A stretch of DNA of 63,184 bases, the filler included, from Conidiobolus incongruus B7586 (Eukaryota): assembly GCA_000697335.1 (NCBI GenBank). It is 12 parts of 12 records of this genome, joined end to end, with 100 filler letters (N's around TTAATTAATTAA, not from the genome) between each part and the next. Parts side by side here need not be neighbours in the genome. Positions count along the whole stretch, not along the records: positions 23,223 to 32,661 come from JNEM01007152.1; positions 32,762 to 34,020 come from JNEM01007154.1; positions 34,121 to 50,851 come from JNEM01007155.1; 9 more parts are not named here. The stretch is one strand, 5' to 3'. This document shows positions 26,026 through 38,613 of the stretch, piece by piece. Position numbers and translations under genes: made by a program. The notes beneath the pieces were generated by a model. The model was not told the DNA's origin and made no database searches. It worked only from the letters and a program-made list of their open reading frames with translations. Position 1 is the stretch's first letter; every line of letters starts with the position of its first letter.

Positions 26026-29000
26026 ATGTCTAACAGTCCGTTTCTAAGTTTTCAACCAACAGCTTCGGAACAAGCTTACTTCACCCAACTGTTCGGAATA
26101 GTCGACGTTCACGGAAAGGGTGTCGTCAATGGGATGCAAGCTGTACCTTTCTTTCGTAAATCGGGTTTAGATGGAGCTACCTTAGGCAAAGTAACTTTTA
26201 TTCGTTGACATATATATTATTAAATACTAATAATGTTGTAATAGATTTGGCAATTAGCCGACCAAAATAATGAAGGGTTCCTAAAATTATCGAATTTTAT
26301 GGTGGCTCTGAAATTAGTCGCATTAGCTCAGAATAATTTGGGTATTGAATTGAAGAATTTGGACATTCAGACACCTTTACCCCAATTTGAAAATATGGTC
26401 ACTCCTAAAAATGCGAGACCTGAAAGTATTGCAGTTGGTAGTAGTCCTCACTTTGGTGGAAATACTAGCGCTAATAATAATCAGAAGTTGAATCCGCCTT
26501 TGACGCAGATTGTAGCTGACAAGTATTTAAATATTTTTATGAAAGCAAGTCAGGATGGAAATATTCTGGAGGGAAATTCTGTCAAAGCAATTATGATGAA
26601 GAGTCAGTTACCGGTCGATCAACTCAAGAATATTTGGAGTTTAGCGGACTTTGGCAACAAGGGTTACTTAGATGCTAAGGAATTCGTTATTGCTATGTAC
26701 TATGTTGAAGGGTTGATGAGTCAGACTATAACCGATCTTCCTGTAGTTTTGCCGCCTCTGTTGTCTTCAACTGCTCAGTCGCTGGTTAATAGCTCGACCG
26801 TATTGTCTTTGAAGAAATCGTCATTTTCACCCCCTCAAAGAATGGGTTCAATTCGTCAATCCAGTATTCCTAGTATGACCTCTCCTCCCAATCCTTTGTC
26901 TATTACACCATCTTATACTTCTATGGATTCCATATTTATGGGACATAATAAAACTGGTAATGATGAAACTTGGGCAATCTCTCAAGAAGAACAAGTGAAA
27001 TTTTCTAACTTTTTCGAAACGACTATCCAAGGCCAAGATAAGAACTATTTAACGAGTGAAGAAGCTTACGAATTCTTCGCTAGATCTAAATTATCTAAGC
27101 CAGTCCTTGCTCATATATGGTATTCCAATTATACACATTTATTATAAATTTATTAATATATTTTATTTATAGGGAATTGGCTGACATTACAAAGAATAAT
27201 ACATTGTCCAAGGATGAATTCATTTTGGCTATGCATTTAATTTATCAAAAATTAGCTGGTAACCCTTTACCTGATGATCTCCCAAAAGATTTGATCCCTC
27301 CTTCATTGAGAACTTCAACACAAAGTAATTGATAATAATGCCTTCAAGTAAATAAATTATTAATATTCCTTTAGGTTCAATGGAAAACGAATTCGATTTA
27401 ATGATGATGGGTGGTGATGCCAGTTCTTTGGATCTTCATAAATCATTATCTCCTGGTACGTCGCGCATCATGCCTTCTGGATCTCAAACGTTTCCTCGTA
27501 TCAAATCCACAGTTGCAGCACCTACATCTTTTGAGGATATTATTAGCAATAATAGGAAGACATTCTACCAACCTTCTAGCATGTCACCTATTAATTTACC
27601 TATAAGCACTCCTTCCCAGCCCAGTGCGGAAGATATTCGCCAAAAACAGGATATCATCGATACGCATGAACAAATCATCCATTATACTAAACTCCTTGCT
27701 GAAATTCAGCCTAAGAACCAGCATCTCGAGTCACAAATAAATGACTTATCATCTAAAAAGCAAACAATCATGCAACAGATGGAGACTTTGAATGCTACTC
27801 TCAAACGTGAGAGGGATGCATTTGACAATAAGTCAAATCGCTACAATCAACAATTGGTACCTGAATTAGAGCAAGCTCAAGGCAAAATCCAGGAGTTACA
27901 TACCAAACTTGCTCCTATTAGGGAAGAACGTCAAACCCTTACAGCGGATATTGAAAGGTTTAAAACTCATTCTATTCAATATAAGTTCCATATTAACAAA
28001 GCTACCGAAATGATTAAACTCTTGAAGCAGAAGCTTGAAAAGCGCGCTGAAGAGGCGAGACTTGCTGAAGAAGCCAGGAGGCTTGAGGAAGCTAAGAAAA
28101 CTGAAGATGCTAAATTGGCAGAAAGTCAAAAGCAGGCATCTCAACTCCAATATTCTAAGTCTACTGGAGGAGCTGAATCCAGAGCTATCACCAATGCTGA
28201 GTTATCTGAATCTCCAGAATCTCACAAAGATCAACCACCTGAAGGCCCTAAAGAAGCTACTACTGCTAATGACGATTCCAATCCCTTCGAAGAAGAGTCT
28301 CCAGTTGTTTCATCTCCTGCCTCTGACCCATTCGCCAGAATCATTTCTAAGAAGTCAGCTCAGCCTCCAAGGCCTGCTCGTCCTCCTAGAAACAATGTTC
28401 CCCCTGCCCAACCCCAGACTCAACCCAGCCAAATTCCCGATTTTGCCAATTTTGAAGCCCAATTCCCAGTACCATCATCCACTCCCGATGTTCCTGCCGA
28501 ATTTGAAGCCAACTTCCCAATTGCTGGCCCCATTGTTGAAACTCCAATCGAAGAAAAGACTCCCGTCAGAAGACCTCATCAGATCGACGTCATCAAAGAC
28601 ATTGATGGCCTTACCAAGGCCTTTGAAAACTTCAAACCCGAAACCGATTTCATCCAAATCAAAGTTCTGAGCAATTTCGACCCCTCTAGCAAATCACCAT
28701 TTGACCCCAGCTATTTGCAAATTTTCAACGTTGATTTTGTTCCTAATTTCGACGAAGATTTCCAGCCTGCTCAACCAACCAACCAGCATTCAAGACCTTC
28801 CGAAAATCATGTTATTGCCGGTCCTTCATCCTTGTTTTTGAGTGATAATAACGATCCCTTCAAATCCAACGCACCCAACTTCGAGCCTACCCACGATGAA
28901 GGATGGACCAATTCTGCTCCTTCCAATCTGGATTTGGATCAAGTATTTGGTGGCAAGCGTGAATCCATCGCTGGTTCCATTAAATTTGAAGATATTTTTG

Positions 29001-29521
29001 GGGATGCTTTTACAGTACCTCCAGAAATTGCTGAAGTTGATAATGAAGAAGCTTCAACTGACGATCATAATAAGGAGATCAATCCCGAAGAATCTGTGAT
29101 ATTACCCCCAGCTCCTACAGAGGATGGTAAGTCTTCCAATACTTTGGAACCGGTCCCAGAGAGTCTCAATAGTAACAATGTTCAAAATGATCCAACATTT
29201 GAATATCCTCCATTACCTTCATCTCCATCACTTTCCGAACCCAATTCATTACAAGACAGATCCTCAAATATTCTGGTGACAACTCCTAACCTAGAAAAAG
29301 CTCAAGACAAATCAATTGACATTGCAGTAAATACTCCTATTCCAGATACTTCGTCACCAGAACTATCTGATGCAAAGGTGCCATCCCCTGTGGATATGGA
29401 TCGAACGATATCTTCCACAGCTCACGAGATCAACTTAGCAGATGGTACTGTTGAATTGGAACCCATCGATCCCAAGGATGAAGGCATCACTTCTTCAACT
29501 TCAGCTGTTAAACAAGATTGA
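26026..29521 (+). CDS. EDE1: Ede1/Eps15-like endocytic scaffold; exons 26026-26190, 26245-27119, 27173-27324, 27375-29521
   Basis: Three EH domains (LGKIWQLAD, LKNIWSLAD, LAHIWELAD), coiled coil, Pro-rich region, NPF/DPF motifs; GT-AG introns keep the frame. Confidence 0.9.
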
Positions 29522-29611
29522 TTTTCTGTTCAAGCTGATTTCTTTGATATAATTAATAATAAAAATATCATAATATATTATTTCATAAATCTCTTTTATT
29601 AAATGTTTTTT

Positions 29612-30893
29612 CTATTTCAATTTCAGCCCCTTCAAAACTTTCTCAGCAATCTCCGAATAAGCTTCGGCAACCTTGGATTTGGGCTCCATAACAGTAATAG
29701 GAGTACCACAATCCGATAATTTCATAATATTGGGATCTAAGGGAATGTCACCAAGTGAATCGATATTGAATCCACTCGCCATTTTGCTGCCGCCGTCCGT
29801 GCCAAATATATGAGAGGGTTTTTGGCAGTGAGGACATGTGTATAGGCTCATGTTTTGGACTACTCCTAATAACTAATGAAAGATACTATGATTAAGCAAC
29901 TCATGAGAATTTGTTTAATTACAAAACTTATAGGAGTATTCACTTTTCTAAGCATTTCAACACCTTTCCTAGCGTCGATTAATGCTAAATCTTGAGGGGT
30001 TGTTACAATGACAGCACCTAAATGCCCCATTAATCACCCAATAATTCAATTTAATAATGGCCAATTTACCTGATATGGGTACCAACTGGCTCATACTTAA
30101 CTGTACATCACCAGTACCTGGCGGTATATCAACAACAAGAATATCTAAACCATCCTGCCAATCTACTTCGTAAACGAGTTGCTGCAAAGCTTTCATCACC
30201 TAATTTCCAATAAATATTTTATTTGTTGAAAAGTTTCCATAGTTGTTACTATTAATCCTCTCCACACAATAGGGGCACCTTCAGGTACTAGAAAACCCAT
30301 TGACATTGCAGGAATACCATAATTTGTCAAGGGCAATAAATGACCTAATACCAGTGAATAAAACATCATAGCTTATACTAATAATAATCTACCTTTATCA
30401 TTAAACTCTGGTTCTCCCTTCAAATTCAACAACTTGGGAATGGAGGGTCCAAATAAATTGGCATCTAGTAAAGCAACTTTGAATTTGTGACAATTTAAGG
30501 CAATTGCCAAATTGACTATTATTAACCATAAATAACTGTTAAATGAATAATGTAATATTTGTTCTTACCTGAAGTAGTAGATTTCCCAACCCCACCCTTA
30601 CCACTCGCTATGGTAATAACGTGTCTGACTTTTGATATTCCTTGCTTTTGGGGTGATCCTCTCCTAGGATTCTTCCTAGCAGGCAGTGGATATGATTCAA
30701 ATCCTCCTTTCCTTGGTAGACCCTTAATTCAATTGTTAATAAATTATTATAATTTTAATTTTTTCATATTTACTAAAAGGTTTTTATGATAAATTTTAGT
30801 TAAAAAAGTAAAATTTCTTAAAATTAAATTATTTGTATTTTGTTAACTTTTAATAGGTTTAATTAATTTATTTATGGTGTGTAAAGATCTCAT
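29612..30893 (-). pseudogene. IND1: Mrp/NBP35-family Fe-S ATPase (Ind1/NUBPL), seven exons, disabled
   Basis: ASGKGGVGKST, MSMGFL..VWRG, DIPPGTGD and QNMS..CPHC motifs. In-frame TAA at codon 17 (30843-30845). Last intron donor reads ATAAGT (29931-29926). Confidence 0.85.
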
Positions 30894-31091
30894 TTTTGTA
30901 AGTACTATATATTAAATATTCTTTTTTAATTGAGACTTGTATTTGGATTAAATTGGGTAATGGATCTCCTTATAATTTAATTTTGATTTATTTATTTTAT
31001 GGGATCATTAATCAATCTTGAAATCATCCCATTACACTATCCATTTTGATGCTTTACTTGTTTTCCTAACAATATTTATTAACACATAAAA

Positions 31092-31361
31092 CTAATTCTT
31101 CTCTCTAACATTAATCATATCCAAATCCTCAATCCCTAAACTATTGGGCGTATCTTCAGGATGAATCCAATCGCCATCAAATAAGAAACATAACTGATTA
31201 ATATCTTTCCCCTTTTTATCACAATAAGCTTCCATAAGTTTTTTTAAAGGTGTCAGGCGGTGGATTTTAAAAGTGATTTTGCTAGTTTCGAGGTCAACTA
31301 CTTCTATATTGATGTGATTTGGATTGTTGGTATTAGGTGGGACTGTTGAATTATTGGACAT
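31092..31361 (-). CDS. SUMO-like protein lacking the C-terminal diglycine (possibly a pseudogene)
   Basis: FKIHRLTPLKKLMEAYC, FLFDG and DTPNSLGIEDLDMI match the SUMO fold; ends VREKN*. Confidence 0.8.
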   Translation of the reverse strand: MSNNSTVPPNTNNPNHINIEVVDLETSKITFKIHRLTPLKKLMEAYCDKKGKDINQLCFLFDGDWIHPEDTPNSLGIEDLDMINVREKN

Positions 31362-32157
31362 AATTATAAGTTTTAGAATGTATCAGATGATCATGGCATA
31401 CTTGGAATCAATCATTTATAATTTGGAAAAGAATTGAATTTGATTATTATGGGTTTAACATGAATATCAAGTTTATAAAGTTTTTATCCAAATCACATTC
31501 CAATAAAAATTTTCATAGATTGTTAATATGAATAATTAGTTGTATAGTTTTACTGAAAAATAAAGATATACATCAATTATGACCACGAGTTATATTTAAT
31601 TTGGTAAACATATTAGTAAAAATTATTTGCTAACTTTCTAATTGATCTTTGAATTATGTCATTAATATTTCTTTTAAAAACTATACAAAACGAATTTTGT
31701 TTATATTAAAACGTTGATCTTTGAATAACGTTAAATTTATTTTATCAAAGATGGTAATTTATACAATAAAGTTATTAAAAACAGGGTAAAGTTTATAATG
31801 GACACAATGTATGTATTTATTGTGTTGAAAATAGTTGTAATAAACAATATACTTGGTATTGAATTTTATATTCAATAATATATTTCTTTTGATAAAAAAT
31901 TTTAAGAGATATAATGATTAATATTTAATCTATATAATGATTGTATATATGATATCTAATTCTTGAAAACAATGGTGTCATAGACATGTTATCAACCATT
32001 TAATCAAATACTATTATATCCATATTAATATACTGTTTAGCAATAAATGTTAATATTTATTATTGTCAAATAATTTTATATTTAACGAATTTTTTTATTT
32101 AAATTAGATTTTTACTAAAACAAAGTAGATTTTGAATTAGTTTGAAAAATTACAATA

Positions 32158-32661
32158 TTACCTCAGAAATAAAAAATGGGAAATTCTTCAAATTCTCATT
32201 TTTCAAGCATATTTTTTGTTTAAAAAATTAAATTTATAGAGTTTAATATTTACTTTAATTATATTTAAGCTGAATAATTATCATTGAAAGTTTTTTATCT
32301 AGATATTAATAAAACTTAACCATAAAGTTTTTAAAATCTTTTAAAATATATAAGAAATTTATAAAAATAATATTTTATTTATTAGTAAACATAATATTAT
32401 ATAGCTAAAATAACTATATAGAATTTAATAAATAATTTTTAATCAGTGTTTGTTTAATAATTAATTAAATAAAAATTTATAATGAAAAATACTTTTTGAT
32501 TATAATCAAAAAATAATTAATATATTATAATATTAGTTATATAAGTATAAAATATAAAGTTTAAATTTAGATTAATTAATATAAATAGAAAACAAGTATC
32601 TTATAATAAAATTATTCCTTAAACAAAAGCTAAAATAATTATAATAAAATTAACCTTAATA
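32158..32661 (+). mobile_element. Diverged mariner 5' part
   Basis: TA + TTACCTCAGAAATAAAAAATGGGAAA terminus; colinear with other copies up to the gap. Confidence 0.75.
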
Positions 32662-32763
32662 NNNNNNNNNNNNNNNNNNNNNNNNNNNNNNNNNNNNNNN
32701 NNNNNTTAATTAATTAANNNNNNNNNNNNNNNNNNNNNNNNNNNNNNNNNNNNNNNNNNNNTA

Positions 32764-33583
32764 CACTAACTTGTAAAAATAAGTTATAAAATCAAAAACA
32801 CTTATATTTTTACTAATAACTTGATTAATATTTAATGAAATAAATTTAAATTAAATAATTAAAATCTATTATATTTATTAATTATATATATTATTAAATA
32901 ATGATATTTAGTTATTATTTGACTAAAATATAAACTTTTAAATTTTACCTAGGGTAAGTTATAAATTTGTAGGTTTTTGGTGATAAAAAAAATTAAAACC
33001 TAATATATCTACCTTTAGCTTTTCTAACTTCTTTAAGTTTGTAGGGTATAAAATCAATTAACTTTTTATATTAAGAAAGGTTAATTTTATTCTATGTTTC
33101 TTAAATATATTCTTAAAGTTAATTTAAATTTTTAACTAGGGGGAAAGCTTTAATAACTTTTTTTAATTAATCCTAAAAGTGTTTAATTAGATTAAAGTTA
33201 AAAAATTAAAGAGGTTATTTTATAATTATTATCTTGTTATTTTTAAGCTATTTGGTAATAAAAGTTATAGTATAGTAAGAGGTATTATCTTACTATAAAA
33301 TAATATCAGATTTATTTAACTTATATTATTTAATAGTTTTTTTCAATTTATTATTTAGAATACTTTAGTATATCTCAGTATTAATTCCTTTATTAACTTT
33401 ATAAAGATACCTTATACTTAAAGAAAACATACATCCCCAAATAATAATTAACCTACTATTATACTTTTGGGTAAAATTAACATGATGGTTATAAAGTAAT
33501 TTTACATTTTTTCTGAAGCATTTAACTTTTTTATCAAATCCACTAAAGTATATTTTTGTTTCATTAAACTAAATAACCTTACT
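32764..33583 (-). mobile_element. Tc1 copy (3' half), interrupted by an LTR element
   Basis: TA + CACTAACTTGTAAAAATAAGTTATAAAATC; colinear with 22813-23612. Confidence 0.92.
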
Positions 33584-34020
33584 TATAACAGGGCAATGTA
33601 TACAAGTTGTTTCAATGTGAACAGTGTGGGAAAAAAGTCCTTGTTTATTTGGCAATGGTTCCTATTTTTATATGTAAAAGTTGGTGAGGGTTCAGAGGTA
33701 AAATTAGACAAGATAAGATCAAGTAGATAAAAGAGATAAGATAAGGTAAGCAGATATGATTGACAGTGTCACGATGATGACAAAGTGATCTGATCTATGA
33801 CACTCCCCTCAGATTGAGGTGTCCTTATTAGGAGACGCTCTAATCTTTGAATGCTTCTCAGCGTAGGCATGATAGGCATTGGTCTTTTTAACGCTATTAT
33901 AGCGTTCCCAAGTAGCTTCATTTTTAGGGTATCCTTTCCATTGGACGAGGTATAGATCTTGGTCATAATAGTGTCTATGGCTGAGGATTTTATCGACGAT
34001 GAAAGGATGATCTTGTTGAT
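33584..34020 (-). mobile_element. 3' end of a second chromovirus (family B): chromodomain, PPT and about 220-bp LTR
   Basis: Minus frame FIVDKILSHRHYYDQDLYLVQWKGYPKNEATWERY..* (stop 33809-33811); PPT gaggggag followed by TGTCATAG at 33802; LTR about 33584-33802. Confidence 0.88.
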
Positions 34021-34120
34021 NNNNNNNNNNNNNNNNNNNNNNNNNNNNNNNNNNNNNNNNNNNNTTAATTAATTAANNNNNNNNNNNNNNNNNNNNNNNN
34101 NNNNNNNNNNNNNNNNNNNN

Positions 34121-34277
34121 TTTTTTAATCAAAAAATTATTTTATATATATATATATATATATTTTAAAACTATATAATTTCCTATTTATTTTATAGAAA
34201 TTTATTTATTTAAAATTAATAATATGTCTAAAACATCAGAAATTAAAAAATTTCCTATTATTTCAAATTTAAGATAA
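34121..34277 (-). mobile_element. Mariner 5' terminus
   Basis: Reverse complement of the mariner left end, including its TA run. Confidence 0.8.
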
Positions 34278-34599
34278 TAATTATAAGAAATTTATTAATT
34301 CTAAACTTGATAAACTTAAAAAAATAGAAAAAAAAGATATACTAAGATTTGATTTTTATTATTATTAAAATTTGCATATTTATAATATATTTAAATTAAA
34401 CTTTATGATTAAATATATCACTTAATAACTAGCTAATTTTAATAAAATATAATTTATTAATAAAAAATATATTTTAACTTTATAATTGAATATAAGCTGG
34501 ATTAAATTAGAATTAATTAAGCTTTTAATAAAAATATAAATAAAATTAATTATATGACTGATTTTTATAAATTAATATATATAGCTTAAAATTATTAAT

Positions 34600-34689
34600 T
34601 TTTTTTATTTATAATATTTTTCTAAAACTAATAATTTGTTTGAAAATTCATAAATTAAAAATTTTCCCATTTTTTCAATTTGGTGGCAA
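34600..34689 (-). mobile_element. Mariner-like terminal fragment
   Basis: Minus strand reads TA + TTGCCACCAAATTGAAAAAATGGGAAAATT; left boundary approximate. Confidence 0.55.
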
Positions 34690-35498
34690 TATTTATATAT
34701 ATTCTATTACTTATAATAAAGAAAATTTCCATAGACCAACAAATTTTAAAATTAATTAGATTAATTTATATTACTATATATAATTAATTCAACCATTGTA
34801 AATAAAGAAAGTTAATAATATTTATCTATCAATTTTCAATTATATTTATTAAATATCAATATAAACAAATATAATCAAAATTTCAATCCTAATTTTCTCA
34901 AATTTGTTAATAAACTAAGAAATAAAATAATAATTTAAAATATCAATAGAATATTAATATATATTGACAACGACTTAATGTTTTACTATTCAAGAAAATA
35001 TTAGTTTAGTGTATATATCTAATTTTTATTAATTTTATATTAAGTCGAATAAAGGTATAAAATTCTTCATAATTATAATTTATTTAAAAAATTCATTTAA
35101 ATAAAAATAATAATATAATTCAAGTTCAGAACTATTACATTTGATACCTTAAATGCCAAACAGGTTACAACTACAAATTTTCTATATTTCATCTTTTTAA
35201 ATACCAATATAATCAGTAATATATATTTATCTTAATTTTTCATATGCTCAATAGTTAGATATTATTTTGAACTGAAAAAAATGTATGATATTGAATAATA
35301 AACTAATAAATATTACTCTTTTAATAGAAAAGGATTCACTTGAAGATTTAAATTATTGATGTTAATAATATATCAAATAATTAAATGATAACATAGTTTA
35401 TTTAAATAAATGATGATATAAATAATTAAATATAGTAAAATCCAAGCAGTCAAGTAATGTGAATTAAAATGAAAACAGCAGTGCTCATCAAATGTAAC

Positions 35499-36032
35499 TT
35501 ATTCCTTTTCAGGATATTCATCGCCGGCATAATGGCTGTTGTAGCTATCATCGTAATCATCATTGTCATAATCGTCTCCATAGGACCATCCACCATATCC
35601 TTTAGAGTACCCATAGTCTCCTTTTCCTCCATAATGCTTTCCTCTTCCATAATCTTTTCCGTATCCATCATATCCATCATATCCACCATATCCACGACGG
35701 TAGTAGGATGGACGGTAATCCTTGTTATATCCATATCTACCTTTGCCACCATAGCTATCATAATCATCATAGTCATCATAATCACCATAGCCTTTCCATC
35801 CACGACGATAGTATGATGGACGGTAATCTTTTCTATAGCCATCATAGTCATAGTCATCATATCTGTCATAACCTCCATAGCCTCCATAGCCTCCATAACT
35901 CTTCCAACCACGACGATAGTAAGAAGGACGATAATCCTTGGAATATCCATAATCATCATAACCACCATAGTTCTTATAACCACCAGCCAAAGTGGGTAAG
36001 ATTAAAGTCAAAGTAGCCAAGAATTTGTTCAT
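35499..36032 (-). CDS. Secreted Gly/Tyr/Asp-rich repeat protein, copy 1 (177 aa)
   Basis: Signal-peptide-like MNKFLATLTLILPTLA; three KDYRPSYYRRG repeats; upstream TATAAATA. Confidence 0.88.
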   Translation of the reverse strand: MNKFLATLTLILPTLAGGYKNYGGYDDYGYSKDYRPSYYRRGWKSYGGYGGYGGYDRYDDYDYDGYRKDYRPSYYRRGWKGYGDYDDYDDYDSYGGKGRYGYNKDYRPSYYRRGYGGYDGYDGYGKDYGRGKHYGGKGDYGYSKGYGGWSYGDDYDNDDYDDSYNSHYAGDEYPEKE

Positions 36033-36510
36033 TTTAAAACTGAATTGAATGATTAATTACTAAACAGATGAAATCGATATTGTATAATGCTACTATCAAT
36101 TGCATATTTATATCTGTTTGAATTGCAATTAGTCAGTTTCGTGCCAAAATTTCCATGAAAATCATAATCAATTATTATTTGCACTTGAAAATTTCGATTA
36201 ATGATTTTAAATTATTTTATCCTTTATGCTAAACAAATCAATTTGTTTGAATTTCGTTGATTTTCGAATTTATTAATCATCGATTTATTACTTGTTTATC
36301 AATTTCTGAAATTAGTGTAATTGCGAGTAGGTTTACTGACAATGACAATAAAAACAAGAAAAGTCTTTAGTAATATATTGAAAATTTTATATTTAAAATC
36401 CTGTTATAGTGATATATATATTATGAAATTATTATATAATATCTACATGCTTTGAGACATTTTATTCTAGAGTTCGGTTCTTTATTCTTATTATAATCAT
36501 TAAAAATGAA

Positions 36511-36818
36511 TGTTAAATCCATTTTGTTCTCTGACTATCGCGACATCCCAAAATTCTAATTGTGACATCACATCTGATCTCAGGTTTTTATTCAATTAGG
36601 TTTCCCTACCTCAAACGACCGCTATCTGAAATACATACTGTAAACCTGCAACAAGCCTTTACACATCGAAACTCTACCTCTCACCGAAAACTGCACTATA
36701 TAAGAATCAGTCCTAATGGCTAAATTCTCAGCCATCTCACGCTTAATCAGCAGTTTTACTATACGCATCTTTATCCAATAAACCCTCAAACACGTCTTCC
36801 AGCTACCAATTATTAACA
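36511..36818 (+). mobile_element. Possible solo LTR
   Basis: GC-richer island bounded by TGTTAA...TTAACA, with internal TATATAAG and AATAAA; no TSD found. Confidence 0.4.
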
Positions 36819-36912
36819 GTATTAATTATCTCTCATGTTAAATCATCTCCTATACACTTAGAGAAGCTCAATATCTATTATTCCGCTGAATCTAAAGGAA
36901 TAGCTAAAATAT

Positions 36913-37282
36913 TGTCGCGGATCGGGAGGTCCGCTCGCCTTTCAATTTTAATCGTCCGTCAAGATTCCAGATGTAATCCACTCACAAATATCAGGAACAA
37001 CCCTTGCACAATGGAAAATTCCAGACTATAGCAGAAGCTGGAGCCTCAACACATTGGCCAAGGATCAACCACACTATAAAATAGTCACTGGACAGATATT
37101 TGCTGAGGGATCACTTCGATCAGGGCCAAGCCCTAGATCTTGCAATTTTAATAAAACTCCTCTAAAGTATCTAGTTAGCCATCTTTGGCCCGTTTCATCG
37201 AGCTCACGTGATCTTTATCGCAAGACTACTTCCCAGAAGCCTTGCAATATATACTAACCTTTAAAGATATAGTCCAACAACA
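36913..37282 (+). mobile_element. Possible solo LTR
   Basis: TGTCGCGGA...TCCAACAACA; internal TATAAA and AATAAA; flanks AATAT/AATTT (4/5 TSD match). Confidence 0.5.
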
Positions 37283-37443
37283 AATTTATATATTACGTTG
37301 ATCAAGATATCTAGAATAAATTGGTAAGCAATATTAGAATGATTGAATATTACACCAAGTTTATAATTATCAGATTACAAAATAAATTTCAACTAAGATC
37401 AGTCATATATTACAAATTATAATATTTGTATTTAATCAATAAA

Positions 37444-38613
37444 TTATGACTTAGATTTTAAATAGTGAGAATTTTTTGAAATTGAAAATAAATAAACATT
37501 TTAATATATAAGTTACAAAAATAAATATATAATATAAAATTAATACTCTCTTATTAAAAACAATTTGTTATATTTTTAGCAAGCTTTTAACACCTAAAAA
37601 ACAGGTTTTTTATTAAAGTCTAAAAATTGATTTTTTATAAACTAATTATATTTTCCTAGATATTTTCTTTCTTATAAATTAGTTTTTTAATTGCTTAAAA
37701 CAATTATAGTTATATAAGTTACAATCTAAAGAATATATTAAATCTGATATTATTTCTAGTTATTTTTAATTTGAAAATTCAATAATAAATATATTATCAA
37801 TTAATTTTTTAATATCTAAATAAAAATAACTTATATTATTATTTATTAAAATAATTTATATTTGCTTATAAAAAATATATATATTTATAATAATTTATAT
37901 AAAAGATTTTTTTTATTTAATTTAACATTTTGATTTATATTTTTATAAAAGATTATATAAAAAGATTTAAGATTTATTAATTATAATAATTTGTTATAAA
38001 AGCTTTAATTATTAAATATACTTTAATAAGTTTTATTTAGTAGTACCTAATTTAGTTTTTTTAAGCTTTAGTAAGATTATTAAATATTTATTTTATATTT
38101 TTATTAATTAATTTAAGCTTCAACTTCAATAAATATAAAATACTATTATAATTATTATTAATATATCTCTATCATTCTTTAACTAAAATAAAAAAAATAT
38201 TATTTAGTATATTTTTAGCTCTATTAATTATTAAAAAAATAATAATTAATATCAATTTTAAATAATTTTTTTAAAATATTTTACCTAATAATAAATAATT
38301 CATTTAGATAATATTTTATGATTAAAAATTATTTATAAATTTAAAAACCTTTAGAAGGCTTATGATTAAGTTTTATTAATACTAAAATACAAAGCTTTTG
38401 ATAATTATTATTTATCTTAAATATAGTTAAATTAAATAATTAATTTTTAAAATTAATTATTTAATCAAAAAAAATATTATATATTTGTATATATATATAA
38501 TTTAAAACTATATATATTTTAATTATTTTGTATATATTTTATCATTTGAAATTTATAATATATTTGAAAAATCAGAAATTAAAAAATTTCCTATTTTTTC
38601 AAATCTAAAACAA
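37444..38613 (-). mobile_element. Degenerate mariner with internal deletion
   Basis: Colinear with 20500-21802. Confidence 0.85.

Noticed and set aside
26848..29099. Several short ORFs overlapping Ede1
   Set aside because: Off-frame or antisense by-products of GC-richer coding DNA; 27117-27332 is simply exon 3.
30843..30845. In-frame TAA as evidence of stop-to-Gln recoding or a micro-intron
   Set aside because: TAA terminates GPx, the GPCR and Igo1 normally, and removing the only nearby GT-AG (31 nt) shifts the frame into another stop.
33769..33966. 65-aa track ORF
   Set aside because: Wrong frame; the real reading is the retroelement chromodomain.
35450..36016. Met-, Ile- and His-rich overlapping ORFs (also 39474-40040)
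   Set aside because: Alternative-frame shadows of the low-complexity Gly/Tyr/Asp gene.
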